Source of the DNA: Candidatus Syntropharchaeum caldarium
GTDB taxonomy: Archaea > Halobacteriota > Syntropharchaeia > Syntropharchaeales > Syntropharchaeaceae
Reading direction: 5' to 3'
DNA length: 64,000 nucleotides
NCBI GenBank assembly: GCA_001766815.1
Contig: LYOS01000001.1
Location: 148,998 to 212,997, forward strand
The translations under genes were made by a program, and so were the position numbers. The notes beneath the pieces were generated by a model. That model made no database searches, was not told the origin of the DNA, and was given only the letters and a program-made list of their open reading frames with translations. Positions 31,298 through 42,278 of the stretch are shown in pieces; position 1 is the first letter of the stretch, and the number at the start of each line of letters is the position of its first letter.

Positions 31298-31678
31298 TTA
31301 CAGAAGCTTCAATTTACCTGTGATCTTATCAAGAATCTCCTGTTTATCGGGACCAAGTCCAAGTGCCGTAACTGTGCCAGGTGGAATCTCTGTTAAACCT
31401 GCATCCACGACAAGTGCCGAGGCAACCCCAAGCTTATCTGCCTGCTCCTTCAGTAAATAAAGCTCTTTTACGCCAGGCACAGCAAGCGCAACTTTTTTCT
31501 GCCCCTCTTGCATCCATTTCTTTCTTAAAGACTTTGGTGCACGCTCATAAGCAAGTATCGAAGCATGTGATGCCTGAACGGCAGTTTTACCCTTTGAGAG
31601 CTTGAGATCGGTGCGTATAACGAGGCACTGCTTGTAGTCAAAAGACCTTTTATCCCTGAATCTTTCGAAAAACGTCAT
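31298..31678 (-). CDS. pth2: Peptidyl-tRNA hydrolase, archaeal type
   Basis: KQCLVIRTDLKLSKGKTAVQASHAS. Confidence 0.8.
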   Translation of the reverse strand: MTFFERFRDKRSFDYKQCLVIRTDLKLSKGKTAVQASHASILAYERAPKSLRKKWMQEGQKKVALAVPGVKELYLLKEQADKLGVASALVVDAGLTEIPPGTVTALGLGPDKQEILDKITGKLKLL

Positions 31679-31682
31679 CGTT

Positions 31683-32510
31683 TTACCCTTTGAGAATCCT
31701 CAATATTTGATCATGAGTCTCCTCATCGCGTGCACCGACAAAAGATATCCCTTTGACATCAGCAAGCGCACGGATTGGCTCACCTGCTGTATCTGTCAGG
31801 ATCCCGCCGGCTTCTTTCAGTATGAGCGATGACGCCATGATGTCATATCCATTCATGACATCACGCACCTCGATGATCCCGTCGAGCGCTCCCTGAGCGA
31901 GAAGACACATCTCGATCGCTATGCTCCCGAGTACCCGTATGATATTTCGTCCCCCAAACTCTAAAATCCCGTGGGGAAGCTGGTTTACCCCATAGCTGTA
32001 GATGCAAAAGATCTGCTTTTTCCTTCGATCACGCTCGATATGCCCAACATCGATCTTCTTATCATCCAGAAACGCACCCTCTCCCCGCACAGCATGATAC
32101 GTCCGCCCGTATGCAGTTTTTACAATCCCGATCGTGATATCATCAAACCCAACATCTTTGACCTTTGGTGCATAGGCGATCGATGTGCAGAAGAAAGGAA
32201 TCCCACGAGATGCATTTGTAGAGCCATCAACAGGATCGAACACAAGCGTAAATGCTGGATCTTCTCCTGACGGAATAACTCTATCTCCAAGTTCTTCAGA
32301 GATTATCCGCGCAGAAAGATCATGTTCAAGCAGATAAGCCTCAAGCGTATCCTCTGCGACCATATCGAGCTTTCTTGTAACGTCTCGACTCTTCTCCATA
32401 ACGATCTTATCGAAATCATCCGAGTGCAGAATACAATCAGTAACATTTGAAATGACCGCATCTGCAAGTTTGAGGAGGATTTCACGCATCTCACCTGCTG
32501 GTTTCATCAT
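31683..32510 (-). CDS. Inositol monophosphatase / fructose-1,6-bisphosphatase family protein
   Basis: IMPase motifs FDPVDGSTNASRG and later metal-binding region. Confidence 0.8.
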   Translation of the reverse strand: MMKPAGEMREILLKLADAVISNVTDCILHSDDFDKIVMEKSRDVTRKLDMVAEDTLEAYLLEHDLSARIISEELGDRVIPSGEDPAFTLVFDPVDGSTNASRGIPFFCTSIAYAPKVKDVGFDDITIGIVKTAYGRTYHAVRGEGAFLDDKKIDVGHIERDRRKKQIFCIYSYGVNQLPHGILEFGGRNIIRVLGSIAIEMCLLAQGALDGIIEVRDVMNGYDIMASSLILKEAGGILTDTAGEPIRALADVKGISFVGARDEETHDQILRILKG

Positions 32511-34141
32511 TGAATCTCCTTAATCATAAAAGCGCCCCGTGTCTCATAACCTTTTCTTTTATAATATCCCCTGACTCCTATACCGCTCATCACAGCAATC
32601 CTTGAGAATCCGTGATCCGAAGCCACCTGTTCTGCTTTGGCAAGGAGCCACTCACCATAACCTCTGTGCTGCCATCCAGCCACCCCGGTATTCTCAAATG
32701 GTGCGATTGGACCATATACATGGAGTTCTCGGATGAGTGCTGCCCCATCAAGTTCGTTCATAAAAGGATCTTCAGGGAATCGCAGGCGCAGGAACGCAAC
32801 AAGCGCATCATCCGCTACGGCATCGATCGATATGAAATTCTCAACTCCACCTGCACACGCATACTGTTCGATCTTGAGTGCAAGATCTCCTGTTTCAAAT
32901 GCCACCTCTTCGAGCATACGGTGACCGACCTCTCTGCAGCGGATACATCTGCATCGTTTCCCAGCTTTTTCCATCAGATTTCTTGCGATCTGCCTCAGGT
33001 TGCTCTTTTTAACCCCTGCAAGTATCTTATCTGCTGGAATATCCCGTTGCACCCTCTGTAGTCTCGTCCATGGTGGAATCATCGGTTTAATCCTTGAAAT
33101 AAGTTCTGCTGCGGATTCAGTCGTCAGTGGCTGGTATTCACCCTTTTCCCAGAGTTTTGCAATCTCTGAACCCTCAACAACCAGCGTGGGGTATATCTTC
33201 AGATAATCGGGCATGAAGTCAGGATTGCTGAAGATCTCATCGAAAGATGCAAAATCAAGTTCCGGGTCAGATCCAGGAAGTCCGGGCATCATGTGAAAAC
33301 CCACTTTGAGCGCCGAGTCCCTGAGGAGCCTGTTTGCCTCGATAACATCCTCACGGGTGTGTCCGCGATTTATGCGCCTGAGTATATCATTATCTGTATG
33401 CTGAACCCCGAGTTCAACCTTTGTTACACCCAGATCGAGCATGCGTTCAATATGTGACTTGCTGCACTGATCAGGCCTCGTCTCGAATGTGATCCCTGTG
33501 TTTCGCACTCTTGCAGTCTCATTGATCCTCTGGACATCCTTCCAGTCATTCGCTGGGCTCTTGTTTGGATATGGGGCACCAAAATCATTCATAGCCTCTA
33601 TCGAGCGCTTCACAAACCACTGCTGGTAATCAGGCGAGCGGGAGGTGATCGTACCGCCCATGATAATAAGCTCCACCTTATCAACCTCGTGCCCGATCTC
33701 ACTCAACTGGTTCAATCTTGCCTCAACCTGTTTGTAGGGATCAAAATCATGCTGCAACCCCCTCATAGCGGCAGGCTCATGACCTGTGTAACTCTGTGGG
33801 GATTCAAACACAGAATCAGGACCACCAGGACACACAAGACACTTACCATGCGGACATGGATAAGGGGACGTCATGGCCGCGACAACAGCAACACCAGAGA
33901 TTGTCCTTACTTTTTTTCGTCTTAAAAGATCGAGAAAAACGGGTTTAAGCGGTAATCCTTCGATTTTAATCAGCTCTTTAAGTATATCAGAGTTTTTTGG
34001 AAGTGTATTTAGATGGTGCTCTGATCCAACCTCTTTTTTCATTCGATTGAGATCTATGGGCTTCATTTCCTTCTCATTGATAGATCTCGATACCGCTCTT
34101 GCAAGCGTTTCACATGCGTTCTGATAGCTGGAGTGACTCAT
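32507..34141 (-). CDS. elp3: Elp3-family radical SAM / GNAT tRNA modification enzyme
   Basis: Radical-SAM cysteine cluster region (CPHGKCLVCPGG) and C-terminal GNAT domain; 544 aa. Confidence 0.9.
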   Translation of the reverse strand: MSHSSYQNACETLARAVSRSINEKEMKPIDLNRMKKEVGSEHHLNTLPKNSDILKELIKIEGLPLKPVFLDLLRRKKVRTISGVAVVAAMTSPYPCPHGKCLVCPGGPDSVFESPQSYTGHEPAAMRGLQHDFDPYKQVEARLNQLSEIGHEVDKVELIIMGGTITSRSPDYQQWFVKRSIEAMNDFGAPYPNKSPANDWKDVQRINETARVRNTGITFETRPDQCSKSHIERMLDLGVTKVELGVQHTDNDILRRINRGHTREDVIEANRLLRDSALKVGFHMMPGLPGSDPELDFASFDEIFSNPDFMPDYLKIYPTLVVEGSEIAKLWEKGEYQPLTTESAAELISRIKPMIPPWTRLQRVQRDIPADKILAGVKKSNLRQIARNLMEKAGKRCRCIRCREVGHRMLEEVAFETGDLALKIEQYACAGGVENFISIDAVADDALVAFLRLRFPEDPFMNELDGAALIRELHVYGPIAPFENTGVAGWQHRGYGEWLLAKAEQVASDHGFSRIAVMSGIGVRGYYKRKGYETRGAFMIKEIQ

Positions 34142-34202
34142 ATCTGTTGAGCGTTACAGTTTTATAATATAAATGAGTTATTATCTACTCACTGGGTGTA
34201 TT

Positions 34203-34667
34203 ATGGCATTACACGGTAGAAGAAGGCTTAAAAGGCAAATAGATTGTCCAAGGTGTTTTGTTGAGCTTGAAGGGGAAGAGATCGAAGTCATTGGACCAAA
34301 TGTAATAATCGATCGATGCAGGGCGTGTGGTGGCATCTGGCTTGATAAGGGCGAGCTTAACCGACTTCTCAGAAACCGGCAGCTTTCAGACTATCTGACA
34401 AAAGAGATCGGCACACAGTCAAAGAGTGAACTTGTGTGCCCCAGCTGTGGAGGCTTAATGGATATCGAGGTGGCTGATGAGATCGAGATCGATGTCTGCC
34501 TCTCGTGTGGAGGTGTCTGGCTCGATGCTGGTGAGCTTGATAAACTCAAAAACCTGCCAGCAGACTTCAAGGGCGATGAACTTGCAAAAGCAGAGGAACG
34601 TTGGGAGGAAATGACCAGAAAAGAGCGGAGATCTGCATTAGCCAGGCTTTTAAGGAAGCTGCGCTGA
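34203..34667 (+). CDS. Tandem zinc-ribbon protein (TFIIB-type zf-ribbon repeats)
   Basis: Two CxxC...CxxC modules each followed by GIWLDKGEL / GVWLDAGEL. Confidence 0.5.
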   Translation: MALHGRRRLKRQIDCPRCFVELEGEEIEVIGPNVIIDRCRACGGIWLDKGELNRLLRNRQLSDYLTKEIGTQSKSELVCPSCGGLMDIEVADEIEIDVCLSCGGVWLDAGELDKLKNLPADFKGDELAKAEERWEEMTRKERRSALARLLRKLR

Positions 34668-34688
34668 GAAAACCGCCCGGAGTAGCTT

Positions 34689-34706
34689 CTGGAAAAGTAT
34701 AAATAC
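34689..34706 (+). promoter_or_regulatory. Purine-rich BRE-like stretch plus TATA box for the Yip1-family gene
   Basis: tggaaaagtataaataca about 22-32 bp upstream of the ATG at 34727. Confidence 0.4.
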
Positions 34707-34726
34707 ACAGTGACCAATTGGCTCAC

Positions 34727-35359
34727 ATGAATCCGTTGATCGACCCCGATGAATTTTTCGGTGAAAAGATGAAGAGGGGTATCGAATGGAGATATCCAGC
34801 GCTTACAGTGCTTCTTGTGGGGATAATCGGTGCCGTGAGTGCTTATATCGTTGCAGAGCTTGTGATCAGGGCGATAATGCCTGAGCTACCACCAGATGCA
34901 ACCGCTATTGCCCGTATTGCTCCTATTTTTGGCGCAGCAGTTGCAGTTTTCATGGCGTTCTTCATGTGGTTTATCTATACAGCAGTATTCTATGTGCTCT
35001 CATCGTTCTTTGGCGGGGAGGGGGAGTTCAAACGACTTCTGCAGTTCACTGGATATGGTTTCATCCCCCAGATCTTTAGCTCGCTCATCACGCTGTTTCT
35101 GCTCCGTTATACGCTAAGTGGGATTGATTTCTCGATTGAAAACCCCGAACTCTTCCAGCAAACCCTGATGTCAGATCCGATGATGAAATATGCAGCGATT
35201 GTTAGTATGATTTTCCTGATATGGAGTGCCAACATCTGGATGTTTGCGGTTAAGCATGCACGGAAGATGGAGATGAAACAGGCGGCTCTCACCGTTGGTA
35301 TCCCAATTGGACTGTATGTTCTCTATCAGATTGTGAGTTTTATCTTCCTGGTGGAGTGA
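34727..35359 (+). CDS. Yip1-domain integral membrane protein
   Basis: Five predicted TM helices; start set at the first ATG (the track begins at an upstream TTG). Confidence 0.55.
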   Translation: MNPLIDPDEFFGEKMKRGIEWRYPALTVLLVGIIGAVSAYIVAELVIRAIMPELPPDATAIARIAPIFGAAVAVFMAFFMWFIYTAVFYVLSSFFGGEGEFKRLLQFTGYGFIPQIFSSLITLFLLRYTLSGIDFSIENPELFQQTLMSDPMMKYAAIVSMIFLIWSANIWMFAVKHARKMEMKQAALTVGIPIGLYVLYQIVSFIFLVE

Positions 35360-35422
35360 AAAGGTATGAACCATCATCTGCTTTTAATTTCCATTATTCT
35401 CCTATCAGCTGAGTAAAGGAGT

Positions 35423-35755
35423 GTGAATAAAATGACCCAGAACGATTTTGTTGTGATCCTCTCCACATCTCCCTGTGATGAGGCAGAGCGAATCGCAGAA
35501 AGGCTTGTTGATGAACACCTTGCAGCATGTGTCAACATCACTGAGGTGAGGTCGATCTTCCACTGGGAAGGTGAGCTATGCAATGAGAAGGAGAGTCTGA
35601 TGGTGATTAAAACTAAAAGAGCGATGGTAGAAACGGTAATCAGTCGTATAAAGGAGATACATCCGTATGAAATCCCTGAAATCATCGTACTTCCAATAAC
35701 TGGTGGATATGACGCATATCTATCGTGGATAAGCAATGAAGTGGATGGTGCATGA
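35423..35755 (+). CDS. cutA: Divalent-cation tolerance protein CutA
   Basis: LAACVNI..IFHWEGE...HPYEIPEI motifs in a ~110 aa protein. Confidence 0.8.
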   Translation: MNKMTQNDFVVILSTSPCDEAERIAERLVDEHLAACVNITEVRSIFHWEGELCNEKESLMVIKTKRAMVETVISRIKEIHPYEIPEIIVLPITGGYDAYLSWISNEVDGA

Positions 35756-35782
35756 GGAAGACTGGTTACCTGCTATTTCGGT

Positions 35783-36148
35783 TCATATCGTACACATATT
35801 GCAATTATCAGGCACAGTCTCCATCTCTCGGTGAATATCACAGAGCACACCACTCTTTCTGACTATCCGGCAGATATCGCATATTCCTGTAAGAAGATCA
35901 AAATCACCTGCTATGATACTATCTCCAAGTTCGCGGATTGCATTCATTGCTTCTTCGCCAAGTTCTGTACTGCTTCCCCTTTTCTTGCTCAAATACTGTG
36001 AAACCGCAGCCTGTGTTATCCCAAGCTTTGCAGCAACCTCTTTCTGTGAGACACCACTTTCTATGAGGGTGGATGCAAGTCCAGCGCGAATCGAGGGGAG
36101 TATATACCAGACGATCAGTTCACATGGCGCTTTCATATTGTACCACAA
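35783..36148 (-). CDS. Putative HTH transcriptional regulator with C-terminal Cys-rich tail
   Basis: HTH-like QKEVAAKLGITQAAVSQYLS; C-terminal CDICRIV...CDIH...CNMC. Confidence 0.45.
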   Translation of the reverse strand: MWYNMKAPCELIVWYILPSIRAGLASTLIESGVSQKEVAAKLGITQAAVSQYLSKKRGSSTELGEEAMNAIRELGDSIIAGDFDLLTGICDICRIVRKSGVLCDIHREMETVPDNCNMCTI

Positions 36149-36176
36149 CCTTAACCATAGTTAAACTTAAACAGGT

Positions 36177-36218
36177 GTGTGTATATATAACTTTCCAGGA
36201 GCTACGGCATTTATATAG
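36177..36218. promoter_or_regulatory. Divergent promoter region with two TATA-like boxes
   Basis: tgtgtatatataac serving the minus-strand regulator, and catttatatagc upstream of the DGC-domain gene. Confidence 0.3.
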
Positions 36219-36233
36219 CTCGTAATTACTGAA

Positions 36234-36671
36234 ATGGAGGATGTTACAATGGGTGAACGATACTTAAGAGGAAAGAAACCGATTTGTCTCTTTCCATGCT
36301 CGGGTTTTACCATCCCTGGAGAAGCGGTGAGGAGGGCATCTGCCATCATCTCAGAGGAAGTTTTTCCTGATATCTGTGATACACTTGGGATTGTTGAGCT
36401 GACAAGGGCATTTATCGATGGAAATACCGCTGGTTTTAAGAAGAAGCTGAGCAAGCAGAAGGTTGTAACGATAGACGGATGCCAGTACAGTTGTGCAAAG
36501 GAGTTCATCAAGCGATTCTTGAGGATAGAACCAGAAAGAGAGATTATCTTTCGTTTGACTGATAGAGAAGACGTGGCAGATAAGATGACATTCACAAAAG
36601 ATGAAGACATCGAGAAGGCGATACGTCTTATCAAAGAGGTGGTGGAAGAGCTACATCCTGCAACTCAATGA
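36234..36671 (+). CDS. DGC-domain putative zinc-binding protein
   Basis: TIDGCQYSCAKE motif and N-terminal CLFPCSG; start may be the second ATG at 36249. Confidence 0.55.
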   Translation: MEDVTMGERYLRGKKPICLFPCSGFTIPGEAVRRASAIISEEVFPDICDTLGIVELTRAFIDGNTAGFKKKLSKQKVVTIDGCQYSCAKEFIKRFLRIEPEREIIFRLTDREDVADKMTFTKDEDIEKAIRLIKEVVEELHPATQ

Positions 36672-37994
36672 TCAAATCGTGGAATAAACTGCTCTTTCTC
36701 GGGTGCGGTTCGCTATCCAGGTGCTGTACTTCAGTACCGCTGCATAAGCCCTGACTGGCCTTTCGAACTCATTTACATAGAAGGGGATATTAAGTTTGTT
36801 AAGGTCAGATTTTACTTTTTCAAGCACAGGCGCTTCGATCTGCCAGCAGACAACGACCAATGGTTTTTCTGGATGTCTCTGAACAATATCTCTGAATTTT
36901 TCTTGAAGGTTGAAGTATATCTCTTCCATGAGCCCAAGTACCACAAAAACACCATCCACTTCTGGATCATCCATCAAAGCTGCAAGAGCCTCCATATATC
37001 TATTGCCCATCTCCTCTCCTGATAGTTCAATCGGAGGCCATATATCCATGGGATTGAAGGTTTTTATCCAGGGGTGTGCGATCAGCTGGAGTTGCCTCTT
37101 CGTCTCATCCGAGAGATCTGCGAGCACAAGGCCGTTTCGCTTCATGGATTCAAGTACAATAGATATGCTGCCAGAGGAAACACCCAGGACTCCAATATGG
37201 TTGCCAGTTATCTTCACGCGGCTGGAGAAAAGTTTTCCAAACTCAAACAGCTCCTGATAATTCTCAACAATGGTGACACCCTCGATCTCATTGCTCCCAG
37301 CAGGATCAAGGAATATCACGGGTTTCCTGAGAGCTGCCTCTTCAAGTGCCCTGAAAAACTCGGGCTCTCTTGGCTGAAGATAAGCAAGGATGACCTCGGT
37401 TGCGGGATCCGCTGCAAGCATCTCGAGTGCTTCGACCTCTCCAACGTCACACCCTTCTCCAAGACAGATTATCTTGTTAAACTCAATCCCGTCGTGCCTC
37501 CACCAGCCAAGACTGCCCGAAAGACCACCGCTATGGGCAAGAAAAGAGACTCTGCCTGCCTCAAAATTTCTCACAGGGAGCACACATGCGGCAAAACGAT
37601 CTTCGAGGTTTATGAGACCGACTGTACTTGGCCCAAGTATCCGTATATCTGCGTTTCGGGCAAAGCGCGTAACTTCACGTTTATCGGCAACATCAGGCGC
37701 TGTTATAATTGCATTTTTTATGCCTGCATTTTTGCATTCGCTCAAAACATCGATTACATACTTACCCGGTAAAGCGATTACAACCAGTTCAGCAGATTCT
37801 GGTAGGTCAGCAAGTGATTTGTAAGCCTTAATATCTGCTATTTTCTCTGCTTTTGGATTTACCGGATAAATTTTTCCCCTGAACCCAATATCGAGCAGGT
37901 TTTTGACGATACGATACCCAAAACTTCTGGGATTGCGGGATGCACCAACAATCGCAACACTCTCAGGGTTCATAAAAGATTTAAGTTCAGACAT
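36672..37994 (-). CDS. CoA-binding protein, ADP-forming acyl-CoA synthetase alpha-domain family
   Basis: VAIVGASRNPRSFGYRIVKNL CoA-binding Rossmann motif followed by a succinyl-CoA-synthetase-like flavodoxin domain; no ATP-grasp beta domain. Confidence 0.6.
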   Translation of the reverse strand: MSELKSFMNPESVAIVGASRNPRSFGYRIVKNLLDIGFRGKIYPVNPKAEKIADIKAYKSLADLPESAELVVIALPGKYVIDVLSECKNAGIKNAIITAPDVADKREVTRFARNADIRILGPSTVGLINLEDRFAACVLPVRNFEAGRVSFLAHSGGLSGSLGWWRHDGIEFNKIICLGEGCDVGEVEALEMLAADPATEVILAYLQPREPEFFRALEEAALRKPVIFLDPAGSNEIEGVTIVENYQELFEFGKLFSSRVKITGNHIGVLGVSSGSISIVLESMKRNGLVLADLSDETKRQLQLIAHPWIKTFNPMDIWPPIELSGEEMGNRYMEALAALMDDPEVDGVFVVLGLMEEIYFNLQEKFRDIVQRHPEKPLVVVCWQIEAPVLEKVKSDLNKLNIPFYVNEFERPVRAYAAVLKYSTWIANRTRERAVYSTI

Positions 37995-38134
37995 TTACAG
38001 CACCAGAGATATTAACCGAATTTATCGTTAACGAATATTTCGTTTACAAGTATAAATAGCTTTTGGTTTTGATCAAGGATTGCCCCCTCACAAAGTCATA
38101 TTCGCGCTACAATCCAAAAACCAATCCTGAACAT

Positions 38135-40021
38135 TCAGTTCTTCATCTTTGTATAAGCCAGCAACCCTCCTGCCTTCACGATCTCAATATCCCGCTCAGA
38201 TAGGTTGTGACTCACAGGGATGCTCTTTGATCCATTGATACTCACCTCAAGATCTCCTCTGAGGTCTGTAACATCGATTGAGAGCCTGTCGCCCTGTTCT
38301 ATCTCGTCTGTATCACAGACAAACGGGATTATTCCGACGTTTATCAGGTTTGCATGGTGAATTCTCGCAAATGATTTTGCAAATACCGCTCTTATCCCGA
38401 GTTCAAACGGAGCAAGGGCAGCATGCTCCCTGGATGATCCCTGCCCATAGTTCTCACCTCCAACGATGAACCCACCGTTCTTCTCACGGCAGCGGGCTGC
38501 AAAGGTCTCGTCCTTATAGATGAAGACAAACTTCGAGATCTCTGGCAGGTTGCTTCTCAGGTGCTGTGTCGATGGGCCTGCTGGCAGTATATCATCGGTC
38601 GAGATCCCATCCCCAACCTTTATCAGGACCTCTCCTTCGAGTTTGTCTGGAAGTGGTACCTGCTGCTTTAGCTTTACGATATTTGGCGATCTTCTAATCT
38701 CCACCTGCTTTCCCTGCGGTTTGAGCATGAGCAGGTCATCAACGATGTAATCAAAGGGATCAAGTTTTACAGGATCAAGTTCTCTCGGATCAACGATCTT
38801 ACCTTTAATCGCTGATGCTGCTGCAACCTCAGCTCCACAGAGTGCAATACGTCCGAACTTGCTACCACCTCTTCCTGCCCAGTTGCGGTTGACGGTTCTC
38901 AATGAGAGATGTCCATATCCTGGCACAAATCCAATCCCGATGCATGCATTACATCCAGGATCAATCACTCTGGCACCTGCATTTATGAGTGCATCAAGGC
39001 TCCCATCACGGATCAACATCTGAAGAACCTGGCGTGAACCTGGGGATATGATGAGCTCAATCGATGGATCAACTCGCTTCCCCTGAAGGATCAGCGCTGC
39101 TTTTCTGATGTCAGCATATCCGCCATTTGTACACGATCCAATGAAGACCTGATCGATTGGGGTCCCTGCAACCTCCTCGACAGGGTAAACATTATCGGGC
39201 ATCCCGGGCATTGCAACCTGCGGTGTAATCTCCGAGAGGTCAATATCGAGTATATCATCATAATGAGCTCCATCATCAGCTTTGAGTTCCTTCCAGTCTG
39301 AATCACGTCTCTGCCCCCTCAAAAATTCCAGTGTAATCTCATCCGAGGGGAAGATTGAGGTTGTAGCCCCCGTCTCAGCACCCATATTTGTGATCGTTGC
39401 CCGTTCGGGAACTGATAGCGTCTTGACTCCATTGCCCATGTATTCAAGCACCTTTCCAACCCCACCTTTGACAGAGATCTGTTTTAAGATCGTTAAAATA
39501 ACATCCTTGGCAGATGAACCCCAGTTTAGACTTCCCGTAAGGTTTATACCAAGAACCTCTGGTACTGTTAAGTAGAAGTAGCCTCCACCCATCGCAACCG
39601 CAACATCCATGCCACCTGCCCCGATGGCGATCATCCCCAATCCTCCACATGTGGGTGTGTGGGAATCTGCCCCGAGAAGTGTCTCGCCAGGCACACCAAA
39701 ACGCTCATAGTGGAGCTGGTGACAGACGCCGTTTCCTGGCTTTGAATAGATTGCTCCAAAGTGTGATGCGATCGTCTGGAGGAAGTAATGATCATCGGTT
39801 GACTCACCCTTGAACCCGAGCGATGTATGATCGCAGTAAGAGACTGCAAGCTTTGCTTTAACTTCATCAAGACCCAGTGCCTCGAATTCAAGCCATGCCA
39901 TCGTACCGGTGCTATCCTGCGTCAGGCACTGATCGATTATAAGCCCAATCTCTTCGCCAACCCTGTACGTACCATCGCCGACATGTTCTTTCAGTACTTT
40001 CTCGGTTATTGTGCTTCCCAT
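38135..40021 (-). CDS. Aconitase-family Fe-S hydro-lyase with fused catalytic and swivel domains
   Basis: MGSTITEKVL N-terminus, GADSHTPTCGG and CNACIG cluster ligand regions, C-terminal GGENYGQGSSREHAA swivel motif; start taken at the internal ATG (track start 40063). Confidence 0.7.
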   Translation of the reverse strand: MGSTITEKVLKEHVGDGTYRVGEEIGLIIDQCLTQDSTGTMAWLEFEALGLDEVKAKLAVSYCDHTSLGFKGESTDDHYFLQTIASHFGAIYSKPGNGVCHQLHYERFGVPGETLLGADSHTPTCGGLGMIAIGAGGMDVAVAMGGGYFYLTVPEVLGINLTGSLNWGSSAKDVILTILKQISVKGGVGKVLEYMGNGVKTLSVPERATITNMGAETGATTSIFPSDEITLEFLRGQRRDSDWKELKADDGAHYDDILDIDLSEITPQVAMPGMPDNVYPVEEVAGTPIDQVFIGSCTNGGYADIRKAALILQGKRVDPSIELIISPGSRQVLQMLIRDGSLDALINAGARVIDPGCNACIGIGFVPGYGHLSLRTVNRNWAGRGGSKFGRIALCGAEVAAASAIKGKIVDPRELDPVKLDPFDYIVDDLLMLKPQGKQVEIRRSPNIVKLKQQVPLPDKLEGEVLIKVGDGISTDDILPAGPSTQHLRSNLPEISKFVFIYKDETFAARCREKNGGFIVGGENYGQGSSREHAALAPFELGIRAVFAKSFARIHHANLINVGIIPFVCDTDEIEQGDRLSIDVTDLRGDLEVSINGSKSIPVSHNLSERDIEIVKAGGLLAYTKMKN

Positions 40022-40089
40022 ATGCCTCACCGTCCACACACTACGCCAGTGAAAGTGGGACAAACCCTATATGTGGTAGATTCAACTTT

Positions 40090-40728
40090 TCAGAGAAAAT
40101 CCAGCTCAAATTCTTCTATGGTGCAGGCATCAGCTTCCTTGTCTCTGCCATAACCTCTCAACGTTTCCCGCGTCAGAAGCCAGTATATCGTTGCAAGGGC
40201 TTTTCTGCCTTTGTTGTTTGTTGGAATTACAAGTTCTATATTCTCGATCATGTTGTTTGTATCACAGAGTGCAATGACGGGTATTCCTACATCAATCGCC
40301 TCTTTTATCACCTGCACATCTCCCATCGGGTCTGTTGCAACCACAATTTCAGGCTCCAGATAGTCACGATGACTTGGGTTTGTAAGTGTCCCAGGAATGT
40401 ACCTTCCTGTGATTGCATGTGCTCCAATCTTCTCTGCAAAGACGGTTGCTGGTTTATGTCCATATTGCCTTGCGGAGACAACGAGTATATCTTCCGGGTT
40501 ATACCTTGCCAGAAATTTCCCTGAAAGCCTGATACGTTCATCTGTCTTTTTAATATCGAGGATGTAAAGCCCATCAGCTCTAACACGGTAGATGTATCGC
40601 ATCATATCCGCTGTTTTGTACTGTGTGCCGATGTGGACCCCGGCAGCGAGATAAGAATCAGCGGGTATGAGTAGCGCATCATCTCCAAAAAGCTCATCCA
40701 CCATCTCTTCTTTAACTTCCGCATCCAT
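40090..40728 (-). CDS. rps2: 30S ribosomal protein S2
   Basis: [11 protein letters not shown] and VIALCDTN motifs. Confidence 0.9.
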   Translation of the reverse strand: MDAEVKEEMVDELFGDDALLIPADSYLAAGVHIGTQYKTADMMRYIYRVRADGLYILDIKKTDERIRLSGKFLARYNPEDILVVSARQYGHKPATVFAEKIGAHAITGRYIPGTLTNPSHRDYLEPEIVVATDPMGDVQVIKEAIDVGIPVIALCDTNNMIENIELVIPTNNKGRKALATIYWLLTRETLRGYGRDKEADACTIEEFELDFL

Positions 40729-40874
40729 TTTATTGCCTCTTTATGATAATGTAGGATGCACGAGATAATATAAAAGTATTGGGGAAAGTGTTTTTGACCC
40801 GCAATGCACGGGCGCCATCTCGTACTATTCCGTCAAAATATTTCACCAGGACGTTGCCCCTCCCATCGATCTTT

Positions 40875-42200
40875 CTACGATTCATCAAAAAATTCACAAT
40901 GGTCTCTCAGCACCTCATCAACCGCCTCGATAAACCGCTCTTCTGATCCAGGAGGGATCGCCCCGCCCGATGCGATGTTGTGCCCCCCACCGACACCACC
41001 AACTCTGGATGCAGCAATCTTCATAATCTCGGATAAATCAACTCCTTTTGAGATGAGTGCTCTTGTCCCACGCGCAGAGATCTTTGATATGTTCTCAAGC
41101 TGATTTATCACAAATATCGGCTTATCAGGATATAGGTATCGAATTATCGCTCCTGCAAAGGCACCTGTAATATCGCGATCCTCAGCAAAGATATACCTGA
41201 ATCCCGCACGCTCTTTGATCTTCTGATCCACTGTCTCAAGCTCTCTCAGGACCTTTTTTTGAAACTCAACCCTTATCGCCGATGCCTCGTCAAGCCCTTT
41301 CCGATCTCTCATGCAGAGTGAAAGTGCAAGCCCTGTCTTTCCTTTTTTTCCACACGCATCGATTATCTGCATAAACCTGATCGCATCCTGGATCACCTCG
41401 TACGGGAGGATGTATCGCTCACCAACGAGATCAGCTATTGCATCCTCGCTCGATCTCGTCCTTATTTTTGAGATGATCGCATCTATCAGTCGTTTCTCAT
41501 CATCATCGCTTAAATCACTGAGTCTACCGCTTATCCCGAGTTCATCGAGAAACGCATCAACCCCTTCTTCAAAATGAATGTATGGCTCAGTTGAAAGCGC
41601 AAGCTCTTCTTTGAGATCACCATCAGCTATTTTAAGCCCTTCCTGGAGTATGACAACCCCATTCTTCACCGCTTCATTGAGAATATCTCGGTTCACACCA
41701 ATCATGCGCTGCTTATCTCCGATTGCACCTGTAATCGCAAGTCCAGCAAGATCGAAGTTATCACCAAGCGCTTTTGAGACTGTATATGTGCACCCTGATG
41801 CAGAGACTTCGAAAGCACCATCAATACCCACACAATGGGGGTTTAGCTGGATTATGTCGGGAGGTAGCTCATCTTTATATCGGTGATGATCGATCACAGC
41901 GATCTCAAGCCCAAGCTCATGCCGAATTTTATTCAGCAGCTCACCCTGACTGCTCCCCATATCACAGAAGAGGAGCAGATCTCCTTCTTTGGTTGAATCA
42001 CGGAGGAGATCGAGGATGCTCTCATCAAGCCGCGATAGAAGCGTTGCATGGAAATGGATATTGCATCGAAGAAGTGCATGCGAGATTATACCAGCAGACG
42101 TGATTCCGTCTGCATCGTGATGAGATATGACTCTCACAAACTCGTGATCTCTGATTTTTGCTGCAACCTTCTTTGCTGCGCCTTCCATGAGTTCAATCAT
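40875..42200 (-). CDS. DHH/DHHA1 RecJ-like nuclease (archaeal RecJ/GAN-type)
   Basis: DHH motifs ISHHDADGITSAG and IDHH; C-terminal GGGHNIASGG DHHA1 motif. Confidence 0.6.
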   Translation of the reverse strand: MIELMEGAAKKVAAKIRDHEFVRVISHHDADGITSAGIISHALLRCNIHFHATLLSRLDESILDLLRDSTKEGDLLLFCDMGSSQGELLNKIRHELGLEIAVIDHHRYKDELPPDIIQLNPHCVGIDGAFEVSASGCTYTVSKALGDNFDLAGLAITGAIGDKQRMIGVNRDILNEAVKNGVVILQEGLKIADGDLKEELALSTEPYIHFEEGVDAFLDELGISGRLSDLSDDDEKRLIDAIISKIRTRSSEDAIADLVGERYILPYEVIQDAIRFMQIIDACGKKGKTGLALSLCMRDRKGLDEASAIRVEFQKKVLRELETVDQKIKERAGFRYIFAEDRDITGAFAGAIIRYLYPDKPIFVINQLENISKISARGTRALISKGVDLSEIMKIAASRVGGVGGGHNIASGGAIPPGSEERFIEAVDEVLRDHCEFFDES

Positions 42201-42278
42201 CGGTGTTTACTGATCCTGCAATCTATTATAAAGATGGCGGAGAAAAAATATATGGTAAGAGAGAATGTATTCTATTTG

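Noticed and set aside
37074-37772. 232-aa ORF antisense to the CoA-binding protein gene (also 36910-37257 and 37390-37824)
   Set aside because: No recognisable motifs; the opposite-strand gene has clear CoA-binding motifs.
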